This document shows, piece by piece, positions 33,438-41,647 of a stretch of 41,647 bases of DNA. The stretch is taken from positions 1 through 41,647 of the forward strand of contig CAZDON010000002.1 in NCBI GenBank assembly GCA_964507065.1, in the 5' to 3' direction. This DNA is from an uncultured Ruminococcus sp. GTDB lineage: Bacteria; Bacillota; Clostridia; Oscillospirales; CAG-272. How positions within the stretch are numbered: position 1 is the stretch's first letter; each line of letters starts with the position of its first letter. Below the pieces are notes generated by a model that worked only from the letters and a program-made list of their open reading frames with translations, made no database searches and was not told the origin of the DNA. The translations under genes and the position numbers were made by a program.

Positions 33438-35261
33438 ATGGAAAGACTCGCCTACCTAAGAAGCAAGGCGGCATCACTTCCCGAGGTGCCGGGAGTCTAT
33501 ATTATGAAAACCGCGCAGGGCGACGTTATCTACGTCGGAAAGTCAAAGCGACTTAAAAACCGTGTGAGCAGCTACTTTCTTCAGAATCACAAGCACCCAA
33601 AGACCGCGCGCCTCGTAAGTCAGATATACGACTTCGACTTTATTCTCTGCAAGACCGAAATGGAGTCGCTGACACTTGAAAACGTGCTTATAAAAAAGCA
33701 TCTGCCAAAGTACAATATCCGCCTTAAGGACTCAAAAAGCTATCCCTATATTAAGGTGACCGACGGTGAGTACCCGCATATCCTCGTCACCAGAGAGCGA
33801 AGCGGTGACCGCGGAAGATATTACGGCCCTTACCAGAGCACGGGAAGCGCCTACGACGCCCTTGAGGTTATCAAGCGGATTTTCACTCTCCCCACCTGCA
33901 AGCGGAGCTTTCCTCGCGACGTCGGGCGCGAGCGTCCCTGCATCTACCGTGATATGGGAAGATGTATTGCTCCCTGCGCAGGCGGAGTGAGTGTAGAGTC
34001 GTACCGTGAGCTGGTCCGCTCTGCCGAGCGAGTGCTCGCAGGCAATATACAAAGCACGGTAGCAGAGCTTACCGACAAAATGAACGAGGCGTCGGAGAAT
34101 CTGGAATTTGAGCGCGCCATTGACCTTCGCGACAAGATAGCCGCGCTGAAAAAGCTTCGCGAAAAGCAGCACGTCGTGTCCGACTCGCGCGTGATGCGCG
34201 ACGCATTCTCCATTTATTCCGACAGCTGTGTGTGCGTTATGGCTATGCTCTCGGTAAGAGAGGGCGCGGTCGTGGGCAAGCGTGAGTTTATCCTCTCGCT
34301 GGGCGAGCTTACCAGCCCTGAGGACGCGGTATATCTTATCGCGGATTATTACGAGGGCGGTCAGGATATACCAAAGGAAATTCTCGTTGATTTTGACCTT
34401 TCCTCGGACGACGAGGCTCTGCTTTCGGAATACCTCACCCTGCTTGCAGGACGCAAGACTACCGTAAGGCGTGCTGAGCGCGGTGACGGTCGGGCGCTGC
34501 TTGAGCTTTGCGCAAGCAATGCAAAGGAGGCGGCGCGTCAGTATCTTCTCGACGGTGAGCGCGAGGACAAGAATCTTCGCCGCCTGAGTGAGCTTCTCTC
34601 GCTCCCCGATTCCCCCGCACGAATTGAGGCGTACGATATATCCAACGTAGGTGACGAGCACATCACCGCCTCAATGGTCGTATACTCCGGGGGAAAAATG
34701 AAAAAAAGCGACTACCGCCTTTTCAAAATCGAAACGACGGGTGGCAGAGATGACTACGCGTCAATGCGCGAGGCTATTACGAGAAGGCTCTCGCATATAG
34801 GCGGCGAGGACAGCTCGCTCGGCTCTGTGCCGGGGCTGATTCTTCTCGACGGCGGCGCTACCCACGTCGGTGCGGTATTACCTTTAATAAAGGAAGCGGA
34901 GCTTGATATTCCCGTATTCGGTATGGTAAAGGACGACTTTCATAAAACGCGCGCCATAACCGACGGAGTGCGTGAGATATCCATAGCACAGGAAATAGGC
35001 GTGTATTCGCTCGTATATAAAATTCAGGAGGAAGCGCACAGATTCGCCTACACCGCATCACAGCGCGCAAAGACGAAGACTCTCACTCGCTCGGTCCTTC
35101 AGGAAATAGAGGGCATAGGTCCCGCAAGAGCAAGGGCGCTTCTTAAGAAATACCGGCTGGCAGAGCTTCCCTCGCTTACCGAGGACGAGCTTTCGCAGGT
35201 AGAGGGCATCAGCCGCGCGACGGCGAAAAATATAGTTGAATATTTCAAGAAAAAGAATTAA
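33438..35261 (+). CDS. uvrC: Excinuclease ABC subunit C
   Basis: GIY-YIG N-terminus (PGVYIMKTAQGDVIYVGKSKRLKNRVSSYF), UVR domain (FERAIDLRDKIAALKKL) and a C-terminal HhH. AAAGGAG RBS. Confidence 0.92.
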   Translation: MERLAYLRSKAASLPEVPGVYIMKTAQGDVIYVGKSKRLKNRVSSYFLQNHKHPKTARLVSQIYDFDFILCKTEMESLTLENVLIKKHLPKYNIRLKDSKSYPYIKVTDGEYPHILVTRERSGDRGRYYGPYQSTGSAYDALEVIKRIFTLPTCKRSFPRDVGRERPCIYRDMGRCIAPCAGGVSVESYRELVRSAERVLAGNIQSTVAELTDKMNEASENLEFERAIDLRDKIAALKKLREKQHVVSDSRVMRDAFSIYSDSCVCVMAMLSVREGAVVGKREFILSLGELTSPEDAVYLIADYYEGGQDIPKEILVDFDLSSDDEALLSEYLTLLAGRKTTVRRAERGDGRALLELCASNAKEAARQYLLDGEREDKNLRRLSELLSLPDSPARIEAYDISNVGDEHITASMVVYSGGKMKKSDYRLFKIETTGGRDDYASMREAITRRLSHIGGEDSSLGSVPGLILLDGGATHVGAVLPLIKEAELDIPVFGMVKDDFHKTRAITDGVREISIAQEIGVYSLVYKIQEEAHRFAYTASQRAKTKTLTRSVLQEIEGIGPARARALLKKYRLAELPSLTEDELSQVEGISRATAKNIVEYFKKKN

Positions 35262-35297
35262 CTAAGTCGGGCGACAGCGCCCTGAAAGGAATACATT

Positions 35298-35879
35298 ATG
35301 CTTAAAATTATAACGGGCACGGCAAAGGGCAAGATGCTAAAGACGCTCGAGGGAGAGGCAACTCGCCCTACCTCGTCAAGAGTAAAGGAGGCGCTTTTTT
35401 CCTCGATACAGTTTGATATAGAAAACAGACGCGTACTTGATTTGTTTGCAGGCTCAGGCGGGCTTGGACTTGAGGCGCTCTCTCGGGGTGCTTCCGGCTG
35501 CACCTTTATCGACAGCTCGCGCGAGGCAATTGATATAGTCAAGGAAAACGCGCGCCTGACCGGATTTTTCGGGGTGTCGAAATATCTTGCTTCCGACTAC
35601 CGTAATTATATAAGAAAGGCGTCGGGGCGCGACGCGTTCGACCTTGTGTTTATTGACCCACCGTATGCGTGCGAGTGCGCGTGCGACGCGGCGGGGCGGC
35701 TTCGTGACGCGGGAATGCTCCGTGACGGAGCGCTCGTTTGTATCGAGGGCGGCGAGGAAAAGATAGACGAGGGAGCTCTTCGTGACTTTGAGGTAATCAA
35801 AAGCACCTCTTACGGCAAAAAGACCTTTCTTCTTATACTCCTTTACCGTAAGGGCAGAGATACCGCAGATAACGCCTGA
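35298..35879 (+). CDS. rsmD: 16S rRNA (guanine966-N2)-methyltransferase RsmD
   Basis: RPTSSRVKEALFS, DLFAGSGGLGLEALSRGA and the DPPY motif. Confidence 0.85.
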   Translation: MLKIITGTAKGKMLKTLEGEATRPTSSRVKEALFSSIQFDIENRRVLDLFAGSGGLGLEALSRGASGCTFIDSSREAIDIVKENARLTGFFGVSKYLASDYRNYIRKASGRDAFDLVFIDPPYACECACDAAGRLRDAGMLRDGALVCIEGGEEKIDEGALRDFEVIKSTSYGKKTFLLILLYRKGRDTADNA

Positions 35880-35961
35880 TAGAATTCGCAGGACGCATCT
35901 CGCAAGCTGAAAGCTAATAAAGCCACTGAAACTACACAATTTGTAAAGAAAGGTTAGAATA

Positions 35962-36498
35962 ATGCCTGATTTTAACGAAAGATACGAAAACGACGCTGAG
36001 CTTGACGAACCAGAAGTCAAGCCTCGCACGGCAATAATACCCGGAAGCTACGACCCCGTAACGCTCGGACATCTTGATATAATACGAAGGGCTGCCGCCG
36101 AGTATGACGAGGTGTATGCGGTAATATTCCAGAATCCTAAAAAGACCTATACCTTCTCGCTTTCCGACAGGGTAAGAATGCTTATGCTTGCGACGGACGA
36201 TATCGACAACTGCCTTGTAAGCTATTCCTCAGGGCTCGTCATTGACTATATGCGCGACCACGGCATTGACAGGATAGTCAAGGGCTATCGCAACGAGATA
36301 GACTACGCCTATGAAAAGGAAATGGCAGAGTGGAATAAGAAAATGGGCGGCTACGACACGGTGCTCCTACCCGCAAATGAAGCGCTCACAGAGGTAAGCT
36401 CGACGAGGGTTCGTGAGCTTCTACGGACGGGCGGTGACCTCACGGAGCTTTTACCGAGTGCGGTTATCGACCTTCTGCGCTCCGAGGGCAGCGAGTGA
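35962..36498 (+). CDS. coaD: Phosphopantetheine adenylyltransferase CoaD (with a ~20-aa acidic N-terminal extension)
   Basis: PGSYDPVTLGHLDIIRRA and VSSTRVREL motifs. No closer in-frame start codon is visible. Confidence 0.85.
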   Translation: MPDFNERYENDAELDEPEVKPRTAIIPGSYDPVTLGHLDIIRRAAAEYDEVYAVIFQNPKKTYTFSLSDRVRMLMLATDDIDNCLVSYSSGLVIDYMRDHGIDRIVKGYRNEIDYAYEKEMAEWNKKMGGYDTVLLPANEALTEVSSTRVRELLRTGGDLTELLPSAVIDLLRSEGSE

Positions 36499-36535
36499 TG
36501 AGAGCTTACAGCTTTGCGTTTTGCGAAACTTACTG

Positions 36536-36564
36536 TTGACAACCGCCCCAAAATAATATATAAT
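36536..36564 (+). promoter_or_regulatory. SigA-type promoter of pheST
   Basis: TTGACA (36536-36541), 17-nt spacer, TATAAT (36559-36564). Confidence 0.65.
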
Positions 36565-36596
36565 ATTTTCGTTTAAATATAAAATAAAGGACAAAT

Positions 36597-37625
36597 TTGA
36601 AAATGAAGGACAGAATTGATTTGCTCAAATCCTCTTTTGAGGAAAAGCTTATGGCGGCACAGGGTAAGGACGACCTTGAGGCGCTGCGAATCGAGTATCT
36701 TGGCAAGAAGGGACATATTTCCTCTCTTATGGCGGGACTTCGCGACGCTGCCGACAAGAAAACCGCGGGAATGCTCATCAACGTATTCAAGGGCGAGGTT
36801 GAGGGCGCTATCACCGCAAGACAGGAGGAGCTTCGCCGCGCTGAGCTTGACGCGAAAATCCGCTCGGCAAAGAAGTACAACCCCAGCCTTCGCTTTGAGA
36901 GAGAGCTTGGCTCGTATCACCCGATAACGCTCGCTACCCGCGAGGTTGAGGAGGCGTTCCGCACGATGGGCTTTACCATTGAGGACTACTCCGAGGTCGT
37001 TACCGACTACGAGTGCTTTGAGTCGCTCAACATTCCAAAGCATCATCCCGCACGCGATATGCAGGACACCTATTATCTTGAAAACGGTCAGCTTCTCAAG
37101 ACGCAGACCTCCGCGGCACAGAACGCAATTATGAAGAAGTACGGCGCTCCCCTCCGCGCAATTTTCCCCGGCAGATGCTTCAGAAACGAATCAACCGACG
37201 CCTGCCACGAAAACACCTTCTTCCAGATGGAGGGTATGATGATAGACGAGGATATTTCCATATCCAACCTCATCTACTTTATGAAAACGATGCTCTCCGA
37301 GGTGTTCAAGAGAGATATCAAGGTAAGACTCCGTCCCGGCTTCTTCCCCTTCGTCGAGCCCGGCTTCGAGCTTGATATTTCCTGCCTTATATGCGGCGGC
37401 GAGGGCTGTCCGTCCTGCAAGGGCGAGGGCTGGCTTGAGCTTTGTCCCTGCGGTATGATACACCCCAACGTGCTTCGTGAGGGCGGCATTGATACCGACA
37501 AATACACGGGCTTTGCATTCGGTCTCGGTCTTACGAGACTTGCGATGATGAAATACGGAATCAAGGATATCCGCGACTTTAACTCGGGCGACCTCAAGGC
37601 TCTCTCGCAGTTCAAATCAATTTAA
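36597..37625 (+). CDS. pheS: Phenylalanine--tRNA ligase alpha subunit
   Basis: Class II motifs HPARDMQDTYYL, FRNE and GFAFGLGLTRLAMM. Start is TTG 36597 (5 nt after AAAGGA) or ATG 36603. Confidence 0.92.
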   Translation: MKMKDRIDLLKSSFEEKLMAAQGKDDLEALRIEYLGKKGHISSLMAGLRDAADKKTAGMLINVFKGEVEGAITARQEELRRAELDAKIRSAKKYNPSLRFERELGSYHPITLATREVEEAFRTMGFTIEDYSEVVTDYECFESLNIPKHHPARDMQDTYYLENGQLLKTQTSAAQNAIMKKYGAPLRAIFPGRCFRNESTDACHENTFFQMEGMMIDEDISISNLIYFMKTMLSEVFKRDIKVRLRPGFFPFVEPGFELDISCLICGGEGCPSCKGEGWLELCPCGMIHPNVLREGGIDTDKYTGFAFGLGLTRLAMMKYGIKDIRDFNSGDLKALSQFKSI

Positions 37626-37642
37626 GGAGGGGGTAAACGAAT

Positions 37643-40012
37643 ATGCTATTATCAATGAATTGGATTTCCGACTTCGTCGACCTCTCGGGGCTTGACAAGG
37701 TCGCGCTTATAAAGAACTTCACTCTCTCGACCGCTGAGGTTGAGGACGTTATAATCAAGGGCGCGGACACCTACGGTGTTATCGCGGCAAAAATCGAGAG
37801 CGTCGAAAACCACCCCTCATCAAAGAAGCTTCATCTTCTTAAGGTCAACACGGGTAGCGGCATAATCGACGTAGTTTGCGGCGCTCCGAACGTAAGAGTG
37901 GGTATGCACGTGGCTCTCGCTACCGAGGGCGGAGCGGTTTCGGGCAACAAAATCGGAGCTGCTACGATTGCGGGCTTCGAGTCGCACGGTATGTGCTGCT
38001 CTGAGGCGGAGCTTGGAATCAGCGACGACAATTCGGGCATCATTGACCTTGACGAGAGCATTCCTCTCGGCACGGACCTCAAGACGGTCTTTGACATCGA
38101 CGATATTATCTTTGAGGTTGACAACAAGTCGCTCACCAACCGCCCTGACCTCTGGGGTCACTACGGCATTGCAAGAGAGTTCTCCACCATTACGGGCAGA
38201 CCTCTCACCGCACCCTCGGTGCTTGATACCGACGCGTTCAAAAATCTTCCTGAGGTACCCCTTTCGGTTAAGGCAACCGACCTCGTATGGCGCTACACCG
38301 CAATAAAGGTAGAGAACATCACTCGCAAGGTAAGCCCTGTAAATATGAGAATAAGACTCTATTATTGCGGCTCGCGCGCGATAAACTTCCTCGCCGACCT
38401 CACCAACTACGTAATGCTTGAGCTCGGTCAGCCTATGCACGCATTCGACCTTGCCCGCGTTGACAAAATCGAGGTGCAGACCTTCCCCGCCCCCTTCAAG
38501 TTCACGACGCTTGACGGTGTGGAGCGCAGCATGGACGACACGATGCTTATGATTACCTCCGGTGACGAGCCCGTTGCCATCGCAGGCGTTATGGGCGGTG
38601 ACGAGTCGAAGATTGAGGACACGACGGACTCGCTTCTTCTTGAGAGCGCGACCTTCGACGGTGTCAGCGTGCGCAAGACCACCACGAAGCTCGGACTTCG
38701 TACCGACGCGTCGATGAGATACGAGAAGATGCTCGACCCTGAGCTTTGCCGCTTTGCAACCGAAAGACTTCTCTCGCTTCTTCTTGAGTGCGACGGCGGT
38801 GTAAGAGTTATTTCCTCGTTCACCGACTGCTACGTGAAGAAGTACCCCGTAATTGAGCTTGAGTTCGACAAGGCTTACGTTGACAGATACACGGGTATAG
38901 ACATTCCCGTCGAAACTATAAAGACAACCCTCCTGGGTCTTGGCTTTACCGTTTTGGAAAAGGACGGCGACTTCAAGGTAACCGTTCCCACACACCGCGC
39001 GACGAAGGACGTCACCATAAAGGCAGACGTCATTGAGGAAATTTCGCGTATATACGGCTACGACAACTTTGACGTATGCACCTCGGTAAGCCCCATTCAC
39101 CCCATAAGAGAGCAGACTCAGAAGTCCTACGAGGACAGAATGAAGGACGTGCTCGTGTCCTCTTACCGTATGCACGAGGTTCACTCATACATCTGGTCGG
39201 ACACCGCGAGGGATAAGGAGCTTAACGTAAAGACGCCCCAGGGCGTGCGTATTATTAACGCCCAGACTCCCGACCACCAGTATATAAGAGTGTCGATGAT
39301 TCCCACCCTCCTCTCATTCGCAAAGAGCAACCGTGCCTACGCGCAGAGCCTTGGCATATTTGAGATAGGCCACACCGTAGACGGTCTTGACGAGGGCGGT
39401 CTTTGCAACGAGAGAAAGAAGCTCGGCTGTGTTCTTTACAGTAAGAGTGAGGACGAGGAGGCGCTCTTTAACAAGGCGCTCGACACCGTCGGTGAGCTTT
39501 TCTCCGACGTGCTTCACAAGTCACCCGAGTACCGCGCGTGCGAGGGACGCTTCGGCTTTGAGCATCCTATGAACACCTACGAGATTATCCTTGAGGGCAA
39601 GACGGTCGGCTTTATCGCGCCCGCTCACCCTGAGGTATGCGCGGCAGTGGATAAGAAGTGTGCCGTCGTATTCTTCGAGCTTGACACGGGGCTCGTCGCT
39701 CAAATCGAAAAGGAAAGAACCGTCTACGAGGCTCCCTCAAGATTCCCCGAAATAGATATCGACCTCACCTTTGCGGTAACCCTCTCGGAGGTTGACTTCC
39801 CTGCTCTTGAGCGTCTTGCTAAGAGCACGGCAGGCAAGACGCTTCGATCGGTTTGCGTGCGTGATATCTACGAGCAGGACGGCGCGTGCGCGCTGACGCT
39901 TCGCTTCACCTTCGCATCGGGTGAGCGTACGCTCTCAAAGGGCGAGCTTGAGCCTATTACGGCAGCTATCACCGCGGCATTCGACGCGGCAGGGGTCAAG
40001 TTCAACGCATAA
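37643..40012 (+). CDS. pheT: Phenylalanine--tRNA ligase beta subunit
   Basis: 789 aa. N-terminal tRNA-binding domain (HPSSKKLHLLKVNTGSG..VCGAPNV) plus B3_4, B5 and FDX-ACB regions. AAGGAGGGGG RBS. Confidence 0.92.
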   Translation: MLLSMNWISDFVDLSGLDKVALIKNFTLSTAEVEDVIIKGADTYGVIAAKIESVENHPSSKKLHLLKVNTGSGIIDVVCGAPNVRVGMHVALATEGGAVSGNKIGAATIAGFESHGMCCSEAELGISDDNSGIIDLDESIPLGTDLKTVFDIDDIIFEVDNKSLTNRPDLWGHYGIAREFSTITGRPLTAPSVLDTDAFKNLPEVPLSVKATDLVWRYTAIKVENITRKVSPVNMRIRLYYCGSRAINFLADLTNYVMLELGQPMHAFDLARVDKIEVQTFPAPFKFTTLDGVERSMDDTMLMITSGDEPVAIAGVMGGDESKIEDTTDSLLLESATFDGVSVRKTTTKLGLRTDASMRYEKMLDPELCRFATERLLSLLLECDGGVRVISSFTDCYVKKYPVIELEFDKAYVDRYTGIDIPVETIKTTLLGLGFTVLEKDGDFKVTVPTHRATKDVTIKADVIEEISRIYGYDNFDVCTSVSPIHPIREQTQKSYEDRMKDVLVSSYRMHEVHSYIWSDTARDKELNVKTPQGVRIINAQTPDHQYIRVSMIPTLLSFAKSNRAYAQSLGIFEIGHTVDGLDEGGLCNERKKLGCVLYSKSEDEEALFNKALDTVGELFSDVLHKSPEYRACEGRFGFEHPMNTYEIILEGKTVGFIAPAHPEVCAAVDKKCAVVFFELDTGLVAQIEKERTVYEAPSRFPEIDIDLTFAVTLSEVDFPALERLAKSTAGKTLRSVCVRDIYEQDGACALTLRFTFASGERTLSKGELEPITAAITAAFDAAGVKFNA

Positions 40013-40052
40013 CCAATTCAAAAAAACGATAAACGAAAGGACGGTACGCCCT

Positions 40053-40469
40053 ATGAAAAGACTCTTACAACTCTTGCTTTCAGTCTTTCTCGTGCTTGCC
40101 GTCCTTTTCACATTCGCCGCCTGTGACGAAGGCACCCCCGACAATCCCGACGGAAGCGACGATATCGGTGAGGTTGATTCTCCCGTCAGCACCCCTGGGG
40201 ACGAGGGCGGTGATACCGAGGACGATACACCCGCCACCGAGCAGCCGAGCGACACACCAAGCGACACACCGAGTGACAGCACGACCGATACCCCCACCTC
40301 ACCCGACACCTCCGGCGATACCACGGACACACCCTCAGTCGATGACGGCGGTGACGACGATAGCAGCGACGGCGGCAGCAGTACAGGCGGCAACGGTGGC
40401 ACAGGCAAGCCAAGCACCATTCCGGGCGACACACCGCTCGTTGATGATAAGCCAAGCTCGGTGAGCTAA
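40053..40469 (+). CDS. Small lipoprotein consisting almost entirely of an acidic Asp/Thr/Pro/Ser/Gly low-complexity region (138 aa)
   Basis: ORF track gives 39921..40469. I prefer ATG 40053 (GAAAGGA upstream), which gives MKRLLQLLLSVFLVLAVLFTFAAC (lipobox FAAC). No globular-looking segment follows. Confidence 0.65.
   Translation: MKRLLQLLLSVFLVLAVLFTFAACDEGTPDNPDGSDDIGEVDSPVSTPGDEGGDTEDDTPATEQPSDTPSDTPSDSTTDTPTSPDTSGDTTDTPSVDDGGDDDSSDGGSSTGGNGGTGKPSTIPGDTPLVDDKPSSVS
40248..40283 (+). repeat. Imperfect 12-nt tandem repeat (3 copies) encoding SDTP-type repeats
   Basis: agcgacacacca / agcgacacaccg / agtgacagcacg, inside the lipoprotein gene. Confidence 0.7.
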
Positions 40470-40542
40470 AGATGTACTTTCCACAAGAATTTTAAGCACC
40501 GTCTAGGCCGTACGTTAATATAAAATCAAACAAAGGAAGCTA

Positions 40543-41532
40543 ATGATTATGGACGATATGAATTTGAGTTTAATATCAATTATCGAGCAAATTAAAAATG
40601 ATATTTCTCAAACGAGAAATAGAGTTTTAAATAACGCTAACCGTGAGTTGCTTTCAATGTATTTCAGAATTGGCAAAATTATCGACGAGAATGCTAAGTA
40701 TGGCAATAATTTTATAGGAGAACTCTCAAATTATTTAAAAATAGAATTCCCAGGAGTAGAGGGCTTTTCGCCGCGAAACCTTGCAAGAATGCGCAAATTT
40801 TATGCTACCTACAGTGATTTGTCAAATTTGCCACCAGCAGTGGCAAATTTGCCTTGGACACACAATTTCATCTTAATAGAAAAGATTGATGACCACGAAA
40901 AACGACTGTGGTACGCGACGAAATGTCTGGAAAACGGATGGAGCAAAACAGTTTTAGAGCACCAAATCGAGCTAGCGTTATATGAGCGTCAAGCGGATGC
41001 ATCGAAAAAGCTTACGAATTATGAAGCTCGCCTGCCTCATCCGCAAAGCGAATTATCACGTGACATTATAAAGGATCCGTATATTTTTGAACTCGCTGGT
41101 TTGCAGGAAAAAATAGTCGAAAGAGATATCGAGCAGGCAATGCTTGAACAAATAAAGACTGTATTGCTTGAACTGGGCAGGGGATTCTCTTTCGTTGGAA
41201 ATCAATATAGAATTTCAACCCCAAGCAACGATTATTTAATTGATCTATTATTTTATCATCTGGAGCTTCGCTGTTACGTGGTAGTAGAGTTGAAAAACGT
41301 TGATTTCAAGCCTGATTTCATTGGGCAATTACAATTCTACATTACAGCAGTTGACGAAACAGTAAAAAAAGAACTTGACAATCCCACTATTGGCTTGTTG
41401 CTTTGCAAGGGAAAAGATAAATATTCAGTTGAATGGGCGTTGAAATCAACAACGGCTCCGATTGGAGTTGCTTCATACGAGGTAAGGAGTTATCTCCCCA
41501 CTGAAGAAGAATTGAATAAATATCTGAAATGA
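40543..41532 (+). CDS. DUF1016/YhcG-family PDDEXK nuclease-domain protein
   Basis: N-terminal block RELLSMYFRIGKII..FSPRNLARMRKFY..LPWTHN and C-terminal block IDLLFYHLELRCYVVVELKNVDF..GQLQFY (D..ELK nuclease core). Start is ATG 40543 or 40549. AT-rich relative to pheT. Confidence 0.8.
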   Translation: MIMDDMNLSLISIIEQIKNDISQTRNRVLNNANRELLSMYFRIGKIIDENAKYGNNFIGELSNYLKIEFPGVEGFSPRNLARMRKFYATYSDLSNLPPAVANLPWTHNFILIEKIDDHEKRLWYATKCLENGWSKTVLEHQIELALYERQADASKKLTNYEARLPHPQSELSRDIIKDPYIFELAGLQEKIVERDIEQAMLEQIKTVLLELGRGFSFVGNQYRISTPSNDYLIDLLFYHLELRCYVVVELKNVDFKPDFIGQLQFYITAVDETVKKELDNPTIGLLLCKGKDKYSVEWALKSTTAPIGVASYEVRSYLPTEEELNKYLK

Positions 41533-41647
41533 TTTGTCACTATGACTGCATAACAATGGATTCAACAAAAAATTCGTTTCTAAATAAAAAACAAGGGGCT
41601 GAGTCAAAAGCTTTAAATTAAGCGAATGGCTCAGCCTTTGCTATGTA

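Noticed and set aside
36499-36596. Expected T-box leader upstream of pheST
   Set aside because: The intergenic region is only about 100 nt. It contains a consensus promoter but no specifier hairpin and no T-box sequence or terminator-antiterminator pair.
37820-39184. 454-aa ORF antisense to pheT. Similar long antisense ORFs occur at 33732-34661 in uvrC, 16932-17846 in pepT, 4605-5339 and 11170-11850 in the paralogues, and 35454-36029.
   Set aside because: The sense genes are unambiguous. The host codon bias avoids TTA/CTA/TCA codons, which removes stop codons from the complementary frame. The products are Val/Arg/Leu/Gly-rich without motifs or RBSs.
39921-40052. N-terminal 44-codon extension of the lipoprotein ORF overlapping the end of pheT
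   Set aside because: The internal ATG 40053 has an RBS and yields a textbook lipoprotein signal peptide. The extension is an out-of-frame read of pheT.
39935-40464. Alternative-frame ORFs across the acidic lipoprotein gene (165 aa and 89 aa minus, 122 aa plus)
   Set aside because: These are artefacts of the low-complexity GAC/ACC/CCG-rich repeat sequence. They have no signals or RBSs, and only the lipobox-containing frame makes sense.
41596-41636. Possible terminator after the DUF1016 gene (GGCTGAG ... CTCAGCC)
   Set aside because: It has only a 7-bp stem with a ~26-nt loop and a short T-run, which is too weak to call. The window ends immediately after.

Overview
This 41.6-kb window looks like a monoderm Firmicutes/Clostridia chromosome (Oscillospiraceae-like, by eye). 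Support for that: AGGAGG-type RBSs, many near-perfect SigA promoters, secG-rnr synteny, a TPP riboswitch in front of an ECF-type thiT, and a Crh-like HPr. Most of it is housekeeping: type III glutamine synthetase (partial), pepT, trkAH, secG, rnr, tadA, rimM-trmD, uvrC, rsmD, coaD and pheST. I saw no rRNA, tRNA, CRISPR array, transposase or integrase.

Five things stand out:
1. A single-promoter tandem array of four large paralogous genes (2676-13584, minus strand). They encode membrane-tethered proteins: three lipoproteins and one signal-anchored protein. Each has two alpha/beta modules followed by a pectate-lyase-fold (beta-helix) region. I cannot place that region in a characterised family, and no transporter or regulator lies next to the array.
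2. An unannotated 40-codon gene (2416-2538) with a perfect promoter, RBS and terminator, and a leader resembling a double-glycine leader.
3. Three dispersed copies of an unusual array built from a conserved 7-mer linker plus a variable mini-hairpin (2225-2321, 13773-14012, 15206-15362). Specific units are shared between loci, in both orientations.
4. An AT-rich islet of about 1 kb carrying a divergent XRE regulator and a SLOG/DUF1273 gene, with a threefold-repeated 16-bp palindromic operator.
5. A second AT-rich segment at the right edge with a DUF1016/YhcG PDDEXK nuclease.

Smaller oddities: an HPr paralogue with His15 replaced by Tyr, a ThiT with a two-helix C-terminal extension, a TadA with an N-terminal extension resembling an antitoxin N-terminus, a CPBP protease translationally coupled to rnr, and a lipoprotein that is essentially only an acidic linker.

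All functional calls come from motif recognition by eye. No database search was run.
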